The notes: generated by a model from the sequence alone, not told the origin. Numbered from the stretch's first letter, positions 1 through 11,249 are shown. The stretch: DNA of 64,000 nt from Candidatus Poribacteria bacterium (GCA_965205015.1 OZ242029.1:4832001-4896000), one strand, 5' to 3'. Program-made: numbers and translations.

Positions 1-542
1 ACCAATTCGGTACTGCGGCGCAACGCGTTTCTCGCCGTAGCCCCTTCAAACAGCACAGGGAGCGGATAGAGTCCCCACCGAACTGAAAAATAGATTGCAA
101 ACGGAATACCAACTATCGTAACCGTCAAACCGCCAACAACGAACGACCAGAGGATAAGACCCCCAAGGTACGTCCACAGCCGTTGCCACGCTCGGTGCAA
201 AGCCGCCCCCGGCGTTATCTCTCTGCCTAAGTAGATGTGTGCGCTTGCGTATGCCAGCCCAGCGACGACCCAGGTAGATACCACAATCCCAAATAGAACC
301 GTGACGATCAATACCCCTCCACTTGTACTCAACGTGCCATCTATCTCAAGCAGAAACACCGAAATCTGGTCCATACCAAATGATAGGAGGAGATAAAAGG
401 CGACAATCCCTAAAAACAATCGGAAGTGGTTTCGATAGAAACTGAACATCCCGTCCAGAATATCCGTGAAATCCATCGGTTGTAGAGGTGTAGTCCCGGT
501 CTCACTGCTGTTCACATGTGCTAAATCGTTGTGTTCTTGCAT
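1..542 (-). CDS. Membrane protein, paralog of 587..1450 (runs off the window start)
   Basis: Manual translation from ATG at 542 gives MQEHND...LQPMDFTDILDGMFSFYRNHFRLFLGIVA, matching RAMGFTDILDAMFSLYRRHFRLFLGIAA of the neighbouring gene. Confidence 0.8.
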   Translation of the reverse strand, partial: MQEHNDLAHVNSSETGTTPLQPMDFTDILDGMFSFYRNHFRLFLGIVAFYLLLSFGMDQISVFLLEIDGTLSTSGGVLIVTVLFGIVVSTWVVAGLAYASAHIYLGREITPGAALHRAWQRLWTYLGGLILWSFVVGGLTVTIVGIPFAIYFSVRWGLYPLPVLFEGATARNALRRSTEL

Positions 543-586
543 ATTCTCTCGCCTTTGAAAAGATTTATCGGAATACGGTTATTATA

Positions 587-1450
587 TCACATCTCCTGAT
601 TTGCTCGCATCTCAATATCAAAACCTTCCTTCTGGATCCGTTGATTGAAGTATAAGAGGGTGACACCGATAACCCAAATCGGAAAGGTGAAAAAGGAAAG
701 TGAAAAATGGACGCCCGTTATCATTATATACAGGATGAGATCGTCTGGCGTGAAAATAGAATTGCCAATCGTCGCCCATTCAATGATGTCTATGAAATCG
801 ACTTCACCAGCGCCCCCGCTTAAAACAAGAATAAATCCAACAGAAATTTCAAACACGGCATGGATCGCAGCACTGAGTAGGTAAACAGCGAGTAACATTC
901 CACACACCCGCCACCACATCCCCCTAACCAACTCACTGCTACGGCTTAAGGCATCGCGCGCAGAGACGCCCTCAAGCAGCAACGTTTCAACGAAGAAGCC
1001 CCAGCGCGCCGCAAAATAGAGCGCAAACGGGATACCCACAATTGTAACAGCCAAAACGACAACCACAAGTGACCAGAGCAAGGCAGCCCCGAGTAACGGA
1101 AAAAGCCGTTGCCGTACTCGCCCTAAAGCAGCACGAGCGGTAATTCGTCCCCCTACATAGAGTGCAGCACTTGCAACGACGATTCCACCTATACTTACAA
1201 TCAAACAAAATATCGAAATGACGAGTGCTAATGCCAGCCGTAGAAAATCTGGCACAATAAGCCGCGGAAAATCAATCAATAACTGTCCGATGAGTTCAGC
1301 AAACAGAGAAACGGCAGCGATCCCTAAAAACAGTCGGAAGTGACGCCGATAGAGACTGAACATCGCATCCAGAATGTCCGTAAATCCCATAGCCCGGAGT
1401 ATTGGTATCTTGGGATTATTTGATTTTGAGGCGTCGGTTGGCTCTAACAT
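587..1450 (-). CDS. Integral membrane protein (glycerophosphodiester phosphodiesterase membrane-domain-like)
   Basis: 287 aa with multiple TM helices; ALSRSSELVRGMWWR and TLLYFNQRIQKEGFD motifs. Confidence 0.7.
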   Translation of the reverse strand: MLEPTDASKSNNPKIPILRAMGFTDILDAMFSLYRRHFRLFLGIAAVSLFAELIGQLLIDFPRLIVPDFLRLALALVISIFCLIVSIGGIVVASAALYVGGRITARAALGRVRQRLFPLLGAALLWSLVVVVLAVTIVGIPFALYFAARWGFFVETLLLEGVSARDALSRSSELVRGMWWRVCGMLLAVYLLSAAIHAVFEISVGFILVLSGGAGEVDFIDIIEWATIGNSIFTPDDLILYIMITGVHFSLSFFTFPIWVIGVTLLYFNQRIQKEGFDIEMRANQEM

Positions 1451-1597
1451 ACATTCCTAATCCAAAGTGATCTCTATTGTTCTGAAATCATTTTATAGGT
1501 TCCACGCCTTCATGTCAAGAGCGAATGCATTGCTTCAGGCAGAGAAGTATGGTATACTCTACCTACAATAGAAATCAACTACACAGGAGAAATCGGA

Positions 1598-2503
1598 ATG
1601 CATAGCGGGCGCGTGAGATGGAAAGATAGATGTGTCTATCGGATAGTGTCTATGTTCGGGTGGGGGTGTCGTCGTCTTCCGAAGGGGTGGGCACTGCAAC
1701 TCGGAAGCGGTATAGGAATGTTGTGCTATCATTTCATCAAAAAACGCAGGGAGATTGCGCTCAAAAACCTACAGATTGCGTTCGGCAACCAGTTCACAAA
1801 CTCACAACGGATAGAGATTTGCAAGGCGAGTTTCATCAATGTTGGCAAAACCTGTATTGAGTTCCTCCGGTTCCCCAAACTCAACGCTGAAAACATCTGG
1901 CACGACGTTACAGTAGAAGGCGCAGAAAATCTCCACACAGCCTTGGCAGGTGGCAAAGGTGCGATTGTGTTCCTACCCCATTTCGGGAATTGGGAACTCC
2001 TTTCACTCGTCTACGGTGCGCTGATTCCCGATCGTGCGAAAGCCATCGCTTTCCCGCTGAAAAACGCGCGACTCAACACCTACATTTGGCGACATCGCGA
2101 GCAGATGCGTCTAAAATTGATCCCTCGGAAGCGTGCGATCCGAGAAACACTGCGCGCCCTGAAAAACAACGATGCAGTCGGTTTTTTCGCAGATCAGAAC
2201 GCCGGTCGAGAAGGGGTATTCGTCAATTTTTTGGGAAAACCCGCCTCAGCCGTCCGGGGTCCCGTTACATTAGCCCTCAAGACCGGGGCAGCCCTCCTCT
2301 TCTCAATCAGCATCCGCCAACCCGACGATCGACATCGCGTCTACATCTTACCCCCAATTCACTCCACCCCGTCCGACGACCCTGAGAGAGACGTTGAAAC
2401 TTACACAACACAGATGCTGAAACAGTTAGAAGCATATATCCATAAATACCCCGAACAGTGGCTTTGGCTCCATAACCGCTGGAAAACGCAACCGCCCCCA
2501 TAA
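1598..2503 (+). CDS. Lipid A lauroyl/late acyltransferase (LpxL/HtrB family)
   Basis: HFGNWE, FADQ and PEQWLWLHNRWK motifs. Confidence 0.9.
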   Translation: MHSGRVRWKDRCVYRIVSMFGWGCRRLPKGWALQLGSGIGMLCYHFIKKRREIALKNLQIAFGNQFTNSQRIEICKASFINVGKTCIEFLRFPKLNAENIWHDVTVEGAENLHTALAGGKGAIVFLPHFGNWELLSLVYGALIPDRAKAIAFPLKNARLNTYIWRHREQMRLKLIPRKRAIRETLRALKNNDAVGFFADQNAGREGVFVNFLGKPASAVRGPVTLALKTGAALLFSISIRQPDDRHRVYILPPIHSTPSDDPERDVETYTTQMLKQLEAYIHKYPEQWLWLHNRWKTQPPP

Positions 2504-2604
2504 AAATTGTGTTGCATCCATACTGAATTCGTGGTAAAATAGAGAAGATTCCCAAAAAGAGTGAAAACGTTGCGCCACCTTTTGAACCGTAGAGGGAAAA
2601 TCTC

Positions 2605-4152
2605 ATGAAAAGATACACCTTGTCCTTCATCGTCTTAGTGTTTGCTATCGGTATCCCGTTTCTGCTTATTCATCCGAATGAAAAAGATGCCATCAGCGGA
2701 GACGAACGCGTCACCGGTGTGATGTTAACCGACGCTTTGTCAACCGCTATCCGTATCACGAAAAAAAATTACTACAAACCGATCGAAGACACTCATGACC
2801 TCTTCCGCGGCTCCATCAAAGGGGCTCTCGCCTCCCTCGATGACCCCTACACCTATTATATCAAACCGCGCGACCACCAACGGGCTGTCGAAAATCTTTA
2901 CAATGCCGAATTTGGAGGCCTTGGTATTCATATCTATCCTGATCATCGCGGATTTATTAAGATCTCTAAACCGATTCCAAACACTCCCGCTGCACTTGCC
3001 AATCTCCAAGCAGGAGATTACATCACCAAAGTCAACGGCAAACGGATTCACCTCAGCGAAAAAACCGGCATGACGCGCGACGATGTCATCGATCTGCTCA
3101 GAGGAAAAGCGGGTACCGATGTGACAATCACAGTACAACGCAAATTCCTTGAACCTTTCGAGGTAACCCTGACCCGCGCCATTGTTCCTATCAGGAGCGT
3201 AAAGTCAACGATGCTTGACAGCGATATCGGATACATTCAGATATCAGGATTTATCGGAAACAAGGAAGGCACAGAAGTAGAGTTTAAAAACGCCCTTGCG
3301 GCACACAAAGCCGCCGGTATGAAAGCCCTCATCTTAGATTTGCGGGACAACCAAGGTGGACTCCTGAATGCCGCATATCACATCGCCGATGCTTTTATTG
3401 AAGAAGGACTCATCGTGTCGACAAGAAGCGAAACAAACAGCCAATTCAATGAAGAATATCCGGCAACATCCAACCTCTTGTGTCCACCCGATATTCCCCT
3501 CGTCGTCCTTGTCAACGAATACAGCGCGAGTGCCTCCGAAATCGTAGCAGGTGCGATTAAGGATACGCGCCGTGGTATCCTCGTTGGAAAGAAAACCTAT
3601 GGTAAAGGGGTCGTCCAAAAACGCTACGAACTACTCCCTGACGGCACTTCAATGTCGCTGACGATCTCCACGTATTATACGCCTAATGGCACCTCAATTA
3701 ACGAGGTAGGGATCACGCCACAAGTCTCTATCAACCTCGAAGAACCCAATGAGGTAGAAGAGATAATGCTCAGACAAGCGGATTCAACCGATTCTGTCGA
3801 AAATTTCGTCTCAAAATGGATTGATGACGCCCATCAAACCCCCGGTGAAATGCCAAAAGATTTCTCGCTGCTCGAAACTGAGCTGCCAAAATTACAGCAA
3901 ACGCTCGAAGAAGAAAACATCACTATCAGTTTACGGTGGCTCACACAGCGTGCAGAGCGACTCTTTAATCTATATGTCGGTATCGATCAGGTAGTGAATT
4001 TAGCGTACGACCGACAATTGCGGGAGGCGATTCGCATCATTAATGCCGATGAAGTTGGAAAGTATCTCATCCCTTCACCCGAAGAAACAGAACCGCCTTC
4101 GACGACCCAAGCGAACGTCCCATTGGAAGATGAGGTTATCACGGAAGAATAG
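2605..4152 (+). CDS. S41 family C-terminal processing protease (PDZ plus catalytic domain)
   Basis: LDLRDNQGGLL, SASASEIVAGA and TYGKGVVQ motifs; N-terminal anchor. Confidence 0.92.
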   Translation: MKRYTLSFIVLVFAIGIPFLLIHPNEKDAISGDERVTGVMLTDALSTAIRITKKNYYKPIEDTHDLFRGSIKGALASLDDPYTYYIKPRDHQRAVENLYNAEFGGLGIHIYPDHRGFIKISKPIPNTPAALANLQAGDYITKVNGKRIHLSEKTGMTRDDVIDLLRGKAGTDVTITVQRKFLEPFEVTLTRAIVPIRSVKSTMLDSDIGYIQISGFIGNKEGTEVEFKNALAAHKAAGMKALILDLRDNQGGLLNAAYHIADAFIEEGLIVSTRSETNSQFNEEYPATSNLLCPPDIPLVVLVNEYSASASEIVAGAIKDTRRGILVGKKTYGKGVVQKRYELLPDGTSMSLTISTYYTPNGTSINEVGITPQVSINLEEPNEVEEIMLRQADSTDSVENFVSKWIDDAHQTPGEMPKDFSLLETELPKLQQTLEEENITISLRWLTQRAERLFNLYVGIDQVVNLAYDRQLREAIRIINADEVGKYLIPSPEETEPPSTTQANVPLEDEVITEE

Positions 4153-4217
4153 TTGTTAGTTGTCGGTTAAGAGGTTTTCGTTTCACAAACCCGCCTTGTA
4201 ACCGACAACCGATAGCC
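4151..4217. repeat. Intergenic inverted repeat built from 7-nt units
   Basis: AGTTGTT-AGTTGTC-GGTT ... AACCGAC-AACCGAT-AGCC. Confidence 0.55.
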
Positions 4218-4228
4218 ATTCCAAAAAC

Positions 4229-6160
4229 ATGAATTCCAGACCCGCGAACCCACCCGATGTCATCACGAAAAAAGCACTCATTGTCGGACTCATTCTGGTT
4301 GTCGTTAACGCCTATTGGGTAGGGATAGCGAGTGAACTCTGGTATGCCGTCTACACACTCGTTTCCCCGTTCTCGAATGCAGTTTTCACGCTCTTTGTGC
4401 TGCTCGCCCTCAACGTCCTCCTCCGTAAAGGCGCGCCCCGCCTCGCCTTCACCCCCGCAGAACTGCTGCTCATCTATATTATGGTGACGATGGTGTCCAC
4501 CATCTCAGGACACGCAATGATGGCGATCCTTATGGGGACGCTCGCACATCCGTTCTGGTTCGCGAGTCCTGAGAACGAATGGGCACAACTCTTTCTACAT
4601 CACATCCCGCCATGGCTCACAGTCCATGAATTCGAGTGGTTAGCCGGCTACTATGAAGGCGAATCGAGCATCTATTGGGCAGAACATCTCCGCATTTGGA
4701 TTAGACCCGCGCTTCTCTGGTCAGGCTTCATCTTTCTCCTCTACGGTTCATTGCTCTGTTTAGGACTCCTGCTCCGTAAGCAGTGGATGGAACGCGAAAA
4801 ACTGAGTTTTCCACTCACACAATTGCCGTTGCAAATGACAATCCATCGCAGTTTTTTCCGTTCCCGCGCCCTCTGGTTCGGATTCGGAATCGCCGCGCTC
4901 CTCCGTATAATGGCTGGGTTGCACGACATTTTCCCAGTCATCCCGGCATTGCCACCCAACTATCGTCTCGATAAGCACTTTACGGAACGTCCCTGGAATG
5001 CGATCGGCTACGCCTCAATGTCCTTTAACCTCGCAATCGTCGGATTAACCTATTTCATGCCCCTCGACCTTGCGTTCTCGACGTGGTTCTTTTTCTGGCT
5101 CACCCGTGCCGAACGCGTCATCGCAAGCGCAGTCGGGGTCACAAACATCAGCGTCCTGCATCTCAATGACCGCGCATCGGGGGCTTGGGTGGGTATCGCC
5201 GTGTTGACGCTCTGGATGAGCCGTCGGCATTTCGCTCGCTTTTTCCGACACGTGATCGGAAGCGACCGCGGGGACGATAGCAACGAGCCTTTCTCCTATC
5301 GGACAACAGGGGTCCTGACCGTGCTGAGTATAGGACTCGTCTTCGGATTCTGCTATGCTGCGGGTATGTCATTGTGGGCAATCAGCGTATTTTACGCCCT
5401 ATTTATCGCGTTTGCGATAGCGATCGGACGCGTCCGAGCTGAACTCGGTCCGCCTTATCACGAAGTCATCGGCATCAACCCACGTCAGATGATGGTGAGT
5501 ATGTTCGGCACACGACAATTAGGGGCTGCAAACCTGACGGTAATGACGTTCCTCTATGCTTTCAATCGTTGCAACCGTTCACATCCGATGCCGAACCAGA
5601 TTGAATCGCTGCGGATTGGCGAACGTTCAGGAATGCCCGGCAAAACCTTGCTCTTAGGAATGGCACTTGCAATCGCAGTCGGTGCGCTGGCGACGTTCTG
5701 GACGTATCTGCAAGTCGCTTACCAGTACGGCGTGTTGGCACAATGCCAAGGCGTCGTCGGACGCTTCGGCTGGGAGAGTTTCAACCCGCTTCAGAGCTGG
5801 TTACAGCACCCCAAAGAACCAGATGTGAGCGCGATAACCTTTATGTGCGGTGGGTTCGCCTTTGTATTCGTCCTTAACTTCTTACGGACACGTCTGTTAT
5901 GGTGGACGCTACATCCATCGGGTTATGTGTTGTCAGGCGCGTCATGGGGTGGACTCATCTATTTCTGGTTTCCCGTCATGGTAAGCTGGCTCATCAAGTT
6001 TTTGATTCTCCGTTTCTCAGGCTGGCAAACATACCGTAAAGCGATCCCCTTCTTTCTCGGATTGGTTTTGGGGGATTACATACCGCGGAGTATCCTGAGT
6101 CTCATCAGTTTTGCCTTGCACCTCTACATGCCATCATCCGGTGCGGGGCACACACTTTAG
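4229..6160 (+). CDS. Large polytopic membrane protein (DUF6785/DUF6784-like)
   Basis: 643 aa with many TM helices; RKQWMEREKLSFPL, RVRAELG and WWTLHPSGY motifs. Confidence 0.6.
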   Translation: MNSRPANPPDVITKKALIVGLILVVVNAYWVGIASELWYAVYTLVSPFSNAVFTLFVLLALNVLLRKGAPRLAFTPAELLLIYIMVTMVSTISGHAMMAILMGTLAHPFWFASPENEWAQLFLHHIPPWLTVHEFEWLAGYYEGESSIYWAEHLRIWIRPALLWSGFIFLLYGSLLCLGLLLRKQWMEREKLSFPLTQLPLQMTIHRSFFRSRALWFGFGIAALLRIMAGLHDIFPVIPALPPNYRLDKHFTERPWNAIGYASMSFNLAIVGLTYFMPLDLAFSTWFFFWLTRAERVIASAVGVTNISVLHLNDRASGAWVGIAVLTLWMSRRHFARFFRHVIGSDRGDDSNEPFSYRTTGVLTVLSIGLVFGFCYAAGMSLWAISVFYALFIAFAIAIGRVRAELGPPYHEVIGINPRQMMVSMFGTRQLGAANLTVMTFLYAFNRCNRSHPMPNQIESLRIGERSGMPGKTLLLGMALAIAVGALATFWTYLQVAYQYGVLAQCQGVVGRFGWESFNPLQSWLQHPKEPDVSAITFMCGGFAFVFVLNFLRTRLLWWTLHPSGYVLSGASWGGLIYFWFPVMVSWLIKFLILRFSGWQTYRKAIPFFLGLVLGDYIPRSILSLISFALHLYMPSSGAGHTL

Positions 6161-6171
6161 ACACTCTGCGT

Positions 6172-6195
6172 TGGCGAGGTTAGGGAACCTCGCCA
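6172..6195. repeat. REP-like palindrome
   Basis: TGGCGAGGTT-aggg-AACCTCGCCA; a similar copy is at 46058..46083. Confidence 0.6.
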
Positions 6196-6231
6196 GCGGG
6201 GGCAAGGTGTAACCATCAGGAAGCGATAAAA

Positions 6232-7263
6232 ATGACACCATTACTCACTGTCGAATCCATCACAAAGCAATTTGCCACTACTCCTGTTGTGAAAGATGTC
6301 AGTTTCACGGTTTATCCAGGGGAAATCTTCGCGCTTTTGGGACCCAGCGGTTGCGGGAAAACGACAACCTTACGGATAGTCGCTGGATTTGAAACTACAG
6401 ACACCGGCAGAATCTCCATGGCAGAACGCACACTTGCTGATAGCGATACCCACGTCCCGCCCGAATCACGCGGAATTGGCTTTGTGTTTCAGGACTACGC
6501 CCTCTTTCCACACAAAAATGTGCTTGATAACGTTGCCTTTGGACTGCGAAAGGTGCCGAAAAAAATACGGCAGGAAAGAGCGTTAGCGGTGTTGGATATG
6601 GTCGGCATGACGGACTTACAGTCGCGTTTACCGCACCATCTCTCTGGTGGCGAGCAGCAGCGGGTCGCATTGGCGCGCGCCATCATTGCACGTCCGAAAC
6701 TGCTCCTCTTAGACGAACCCTTTTCAAGTCTCGATCCGGGGTTACGGCAGTCTACCCGTGAGGAAGTCCGTACGCTCCTGAAAGCCGAAGGGATCAGCGC
6801 AGTGCTCGTAACACACGCTCAGGAGGAGGCGTTGAGTTTTGCTGAGCGGTTGGGTGTGATGAAAGCGGGTACCCTCGAACAGATCGGCACCCCCGAGACG
6901 GTGTATCGCCATCCGAAAACGGCGTATGTCGCAGATTTTTTGGGACAGACAAATTTTATTCGCGCAGACATCAAAGATGGGATCGCAGAAACCCCGTTCG
7001 GACGTGTGAAAGTAGAAGGGACTGGAAGTGAAAACGCACTTCTCTCTATCCGACCGGAGTGTTTGACGATGATGCCTCCTGAGACGCAGCGCGACACTCA
7101 AAATGGACGTGTTGTCGGGCAGGCGTTCAAAGGACACGATTTCACATATCAGGTCGAGATGGACGGACAGCAGTACTTCGTCCAGACCGACCACCGTTGC
7201 CCGTTTCAGATAGGAGACCCAGTTCTGTTGAAAGCAGAATCAGCAATAGCAGTCACGCCATAA
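6232..7263 (+). CDS. ABC transporter ATP-binding subunit (FbpC/PotA-like, TOBE domain)
   Basis: GPSGCGKT Walker A, LSGGEQQR signature, LLLLDEP Walker B. Confidence 0.92.
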   Translation: MTPLLTVESITKQFATTPVVKDVSFTVYPGEIFALLGPSGCGKTTTLRIVAGFETTDTGRISMAERTLADSDTHVPPESRGIGFVFQDYALFPHKNVLDNVAFGLRKVPKKIRQERALAVLDMVGMTDLQSRLPHHLSGGEQQRVALARAIIARPKLLLLDEPFSSLDPGLRQSTREEVRTLLKAEGISAVLVTHAQEEALSFAERLGVMKAGTLEQIGTPETVYRHPKTAYVADFLGQTNFIRADIKDGIAETPFGRVKVEGTGSENALLSIRPECLTMMPPETQRDTQNGRVVGQAFKGHDFTYQVEMDGQQYFVQTDHRCPFQIGDPVLLKAESAIAVTP

Positions 7264-7270
7264 CTACAAA

Positions 7271-9316
7271 TTACAACATCCCCCGGATCTCATCAATCCC
7301 CTGAATCATTCGCGTGAATGCTTCAACCAGCCGATCGATTTCCGCATGTACCGCCGCATCATCACCATTCTCCAGCGCATCAAGTACCCCCGGAAAAACG
7401 ACTGCTGCATAGCCTGTGTTGAGCCCCGGTGCATAGATAAGATGCTTAAACCAAGGCCGTAACGGTAAGCCCGTCTCACTCGTCAAACTTCGCTCTAATT
7501 GATACAACCGTTGATTTATCTCCGCAATCTGAGAGAGATCGTCAGAAGCAAGGTAACGCGACAACTCTCGATTGAGTCTCCCTGCCGATTGCTGCCACTC
7601 TGTGAGCAGACTGTCTAACTTTTCAATATCTTTGGCAATTTTGTTTTTTGCGCCAGAATTTTGCAACAGTTTCAAAGGGGTCATCAGGTCTGTGGCATAC
7701 GTCTCATAGTCGAAGGGTAAAATATCGGCATTGGCGAGCTGCAGTGCGAGCGTGCCCCAGACCTGTGCCATCGCCGCCTGATACTGAAACGTCGGATCAC
7801 CGAAGTGTTCCATCCAGTAAAAGTTATCCTGCATGGCGTGGTACACCCCATAAGGACCCCCGAACCCCATGCTAATGGCGGGGATCCCTGCATGCCCAAC
7901 AAATGGCGAATGATCGGAGCCACTGCCGAGGTTACCGACCTGCGGAATTTCCTTGCCTTGCGCTGTTTTCCAACTCTTGTAAACCGGTTTCAGTGTCCCT
8001 GGATCAATGACATTCTGGGTTACTTCGCGCATTAACTCCCGTAACGACGGTGTTGCACTCACATAGAATCGTCCGCCCGTTGCGGCGATGTCTACATTGA
8101 GGTATGCGATCGTTTTCTGTTGGAGCGTTGCTTTCAAATCCTCAACCCACTCTGTTGAACCGAGGATGCCGAATTCTTCAGCGTCCCATGAGGCAAAAAC
8201 AATCGTTCGCTTCGGACGTGTCCCTGCTTTGGCAAGTTGCCCCAAACACTCGGCGACCTCCAAAAGTGAAGTCGTACCGCTGCCAGGATCTGCCGCCCCA
8301 TAAACCCACGCATCATGGTGGTTTCCCAAAATTACCCACTGATCTGGATATTCCGTGCCTTCTAAAGTCGCAATAACATTATAGATGGGGCGGATGCTGT
8401 GTTCACAGCGCACCTTGATCCGCACCTTCGCAGGTCCTGGTCCAATGTGATAGGCAAAAGGTAGACCGCCTTGCCATTCGGATGGAACATTCCGTCCTGC
8501 GAGTGCCTTCAGAAACCGTTTGGCATCTCGATACGCCAGCGGCACAACAGGAATTTTGGGAAGATCCGTCGCCTCGTCAAATGAGAGTCTCTCGGCATCT
8601 TTCGTCGCCGCCCAACCGGGTGTCAGCGGATCGCTGGCGTGCTGGAAAATATACTTCACGGTTCCACGTTGGATCGCATCCTCCGAACGCCACGGACCTC
8701 GCGGATAAACATCTCCCCGCATATATCCATCGTCCGCCGGATCGGAGTAGAGAATCAAACCGACTGCCCCGTTATCACCAGCAACCTTCGCCTTCACGCC
8801 ACGATAACTGCCGCCATACCGCGCGATACAAATTTTACCTTCCACCGAGATGCCCTGTCCGGCGAGAATTTCGTAGTCCGCAGGTAACCCTCTATTGACG
8901 TAGATCAGCTCAGCCGTTACATCCCCATCGGGCGAATAGGCGTTATATCCCGGCACAATTTCTGTTTCATAAGAATCCTTGTCCCACTCCCAACTCGCTT
9001 CTTTGTTGACAGCGAGATGCTGAACAGGTAAGAGCAGTTCTACATGCACTTCAAGCGGATGCGGAAGATACACATGATATTCGTATACCTGAACTTGTAA
9101 ACCGTAACTTTCATATTCAGTCCGAAGATATTCTGCGATCTTGCGACTATTCTCCGTACCAGCCAGGTGCGGCTCCTCCGTCAAATATCGCAATTTATGT
9201 TGGCATCTTTCCGCTGAAACCAGATCTTTAAAACGGGTTTCATATTGCTTCTGTGTAACGGTACTCTCCGCGGTGAACCCCCGCATCCCAAAAACATCAT
9301 GAGAAGGAAATGCCAA
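7271..9316 (-). CDS. M28 metallopeptidase, glutamate carboxypeptidase II-like (PA and TfR-dimer domains); start uncertain
   Basis: GNHHDAW, GAADPGSG, SWDAEEFG, GSGSDH and WFKHLIYAP motifs. Confidence 0.9.
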   Translation of the reverse strand: MAFPSHDVFGMRGFTAESTVTQKQYETRFKDLVSAERCQHKLRYLTEEPHLAGTENSRKIAEYLRTEYESYGLQVQVYEYHVYLPHPLEVHVELLLPVQHLAVNKEASWEWDKDSYETEIVPGYNAYSPDGDVTAELIYVNRGLPADYEILAGQGISVEGKICIARYGGSYRGVKAKVAGDNGAVGLILYSDPADDGYMRGDVYPRGPWRSEDAIQRGTVKYIFQHASDPLTPGWAATKDAERLSFDEATDLPKIPVVPLAYRDAKRFLKALAGRNVPSEWQGGLPFAYHIGPGPAKVRIKVRCEHSIRPIYNVIATLEGTEYPDQWVILGNHHDAWVYGAADPGSGTTSLLEVAECLGQLAKAGTRPKRTIVFASWDAEEFGILGSTEWVEDLKATLQQKTIAYLNVDIAATGGRFYVSATPSLRELMREVTQNVIDPGTLKPVYKSWKTAQGKEIPQVGNLGSGSDHSPFVGHAGIPAISMGFGGPYGVYHAMQDNFYWMEHFGDPTFQYQAAMAQVWGTLALQLANADILPFDYETYATDLMTPLKLLQNSGAKNKIAKDIEKLDSLLTEWQQSAGRLNRELSRYLASDDLSQIAEINQRLYQLERSLTSETGLPLRPWFKHLIYAPGLNTGYAAVVFPGVLDALENGDDAAVHAEIDRLVEAFTRMIQGIDEIRGML

Positions 9317-9537
9317 CGCAATAAAAACACAGATAAAGCAAAAATGTGGTCTCCACGTCCGCCATAGCAGATGAGATATATCTATTCGCTTTGTGATGCG
9401 TCATTACCCCCTATCGTGTTATTGTTTTATGAGAATCATAACACATTTCCCGCGCATTTTCACTATATTTTTTCTTACGCCCCAATCCTGCACCATCCGA
9501 CCGAAAATTGATCGTCCCCAAAAATAGTGCTATAAAA

Positions 9538-9567
9538 TTGACACGATACCGCATAATTTGTTAAAAT
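9538..9567 (+). promoter_or_regulatory. Putative sigma70 promoter
   Basis: TTGACA-N18-TAAAAT upstream of the response regulator. Confidence 0.5.
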
Positions 9568-9685
9568 AGGAGTGTAATCATTAATTGGCCGCAAGGACAA
9601 GGTGATTTCGTTTTCGATTTCACGTTTAGTTTTCGTTCACTTCTGTGAAAAAAAATATATAAAACGTAAGCGTTCCACCTGTTAC

Positions 9686-9708
9686 GGCACACGGCGTGTG
9701 CCTACTAC
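9686..9708. repeat. REP-like palindrome with GTAG foot (minus strand)
   Basis: GGCACAC-ggc-GTGTGCC-TACTAC. Confidence 0.5.
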
Positions 9709-9747
9709 TTTTAAAACTAAATAGCCCTGACCGCAAGGATGACTTAA

Positions 9748-10440
9748 ATGGACGCAAACATTCTAATTGTTGAAGATGAACGCGATATTGTAGATTTACT
9801 ACGGTACAATCTACAAGAAGCAGGTTTTGAAACAGATTACGTCCGGAACGGTGCAGATGCTCTCCATCAGGCTGTCGAAAATCCGCCGGATCTCATTTTG
9901 TTAGACTTGATGCTCCCCGAGGTAGACGGACTCATCGTCTGTCGGTTACTCAAGAACGATCCGAGGACGAAAAATATTCCGATCGTGATGGTAACGGCGA
10001 AGACCGAAGCGCGCGACCGAGTGGCAGGATTAGAACTCGGGGCAGACGATTACATCACAAAACCCTTCAGTCCGAGAGAAGTCGTACTCCGTGTATCCGC
10101 TGTGTTGCGCCGCATCCAATCCGGTAAACAAACAGAGGGTACCAAACAGATCGAAACGCACGGACTCACCATCGATCTCGACAAACATCAAATCTTGACT
10201 GAAAACGGTTCCATTGATCTCACAGCAACCGAATTCAAACTCATTACGTTATTCGCACGTTCGCCAGGACGCGTCTTTACTCGCGATATTTTAATGGAGG
10301 TCATCTGGGGACAAGAATATTACGGCATTGATAGGACAGTGGATACACACGTCAGTCGCCTTCGCCGTAAGCTGGGGGAATTCGGTAAGCATATTGAGAC
10401 AGTACACGGGGTTGGGTATCGGTTCAAGGAAGTCGGTTAA
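9748..10440 (+). CDS. OmpR/PhoB-family response regulator (no adjacent kinase)
   Basis: Receiver domain (VEDE, LLDLMLP, KPF) plus winged helix (RTVDTHVSRLRRKL, VHGVGYRF). Confidence 0.93.
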   Translation: MDANILIVEDERDIVDLLRYNLQEAGFETDYVRNGADALHQAVENPPDLILLDLMLPEVDGLIVCRLLKNDPRTKNIPIVMVTAKTEARDRVAGLELGADDYITKPFSPREVVLRVSAVLRRIQSGKQTEGTKQIETHGLTIDLDKHQILTENGSIDLTATEFKLITLFARSPGRVFTRDILMEVIWGQEYYGIDRTVDTHVSRLRRKLGEFGKHIETVHGVGYRFKEVG

Positions 10441-10506
10441 GGATTTCTACACCAGAGGCATTCAATCCTCGACGGATTGCCGACTGCCGAGGACTGACCG
10501 TTCATA

Positions 10507-10561
10507 AAGTGCTTTCAAGCGAGAGGGACTCTTAAGGTTCCTCCCGCATTGAAGCGCACTT
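10507..10561. terminator. Long imperfect hairpin between convergent genes
   Basis: AAGTGCTTTCAAGCG...CGCATTGAAGCGCACTT. Confidence 0.5.
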
Positions 10562-10602
10562 GTAACGTGTAGGGTTAAAATATATAGATTCTGCTCCTGT
10601 AC

Positions 10603-10977
10603 CTATGGAAACTGTATTCCCTGTTTTCGGCACACCTTTCGGATTTTGTTAACCGCACCGCCTATCTGTTTCCCGTTCCGCGTAACACCAAAAAGATGTT
10701 GACTGACAACACGGCGGGAAATACCGAGAATGTTCCCAATCTCCTCTTGTGTTTTACCTTTATAGAAGTAGAGTTGAATACACTCGGCTTGGCGTTTCGT
10801 GAGTTCTTTCGCGATAATCAGACGAATTTGCTCAAGGACAGCCCGTCGCTTCGCGCGACGTGCCTCGGTATATTCGTCATCAGGTGCCCGATACCAGAAA
10901 TAGTCTTCGGTAGTAAGCTGATCAAAATACTCCGGTGGCACCGGAATTTCCCAAAAGTCGGGATTGAATTTGGGCAT
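10603..10977 (-). CDS. Small protein containing only a sigma70 region 4-like HTH
   Basis: LTKRQAECIQLYFYKGKTQEEIGNILGISRRVVSQHL; no region 2 within its 124 aa. Confidence 0.75.
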   Translation of the reverse strand: MPKFNPDFWEIPVPPEYFDQLTTEDYFWYRAPDDEYTEARRAKRRAVLEQIRLIIAKELTKRQAECIQLYFYKGKTQEEIGNILGISRRVVSQHLFGVTRNGKQIGGAVNKIRKVCRKQGIQFP

Positions 10978-11030
10978 AGATAGAGCAACTCCCTCGAATG
11001 CGAGGCGATCGCGCCTATGCCTTCATCACA

Positions 11031-11108
11031 CTATTGATAATGGACAGAGGCACCATCGCCACAATTGAATACTTTCAGGTGAAGTGTGACGTGGTTCAAA
11101 CTTAGCAT
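11031..11108 (-). CDS. Putative 25-aa leader/small peptide MLSLNHVTLHLKVFNCGDGASVHYQ
   Basis: Doubled SD AAGGAGGATAAGGAGGT 7 nt before the ATG; ends about 53 nt before the sigma-r4 gene. Confidence 0.55.
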   Translation of the reverse strand: MLSLNHVTLHLKVFNCGDGASVHYQ

Positions 11109-11249
11109 AACGGGTACCTCCTTATCCTCCTTATTGTTTATGATTGGGAACGGTGCAAGCGGGTCGATGTCGTTTCGTAAAGACTGCCTTTTGCAAACCG
11201 TACATGATAGTATACCAAAAAAACACAAAAATATGCCATAAAAAAACGG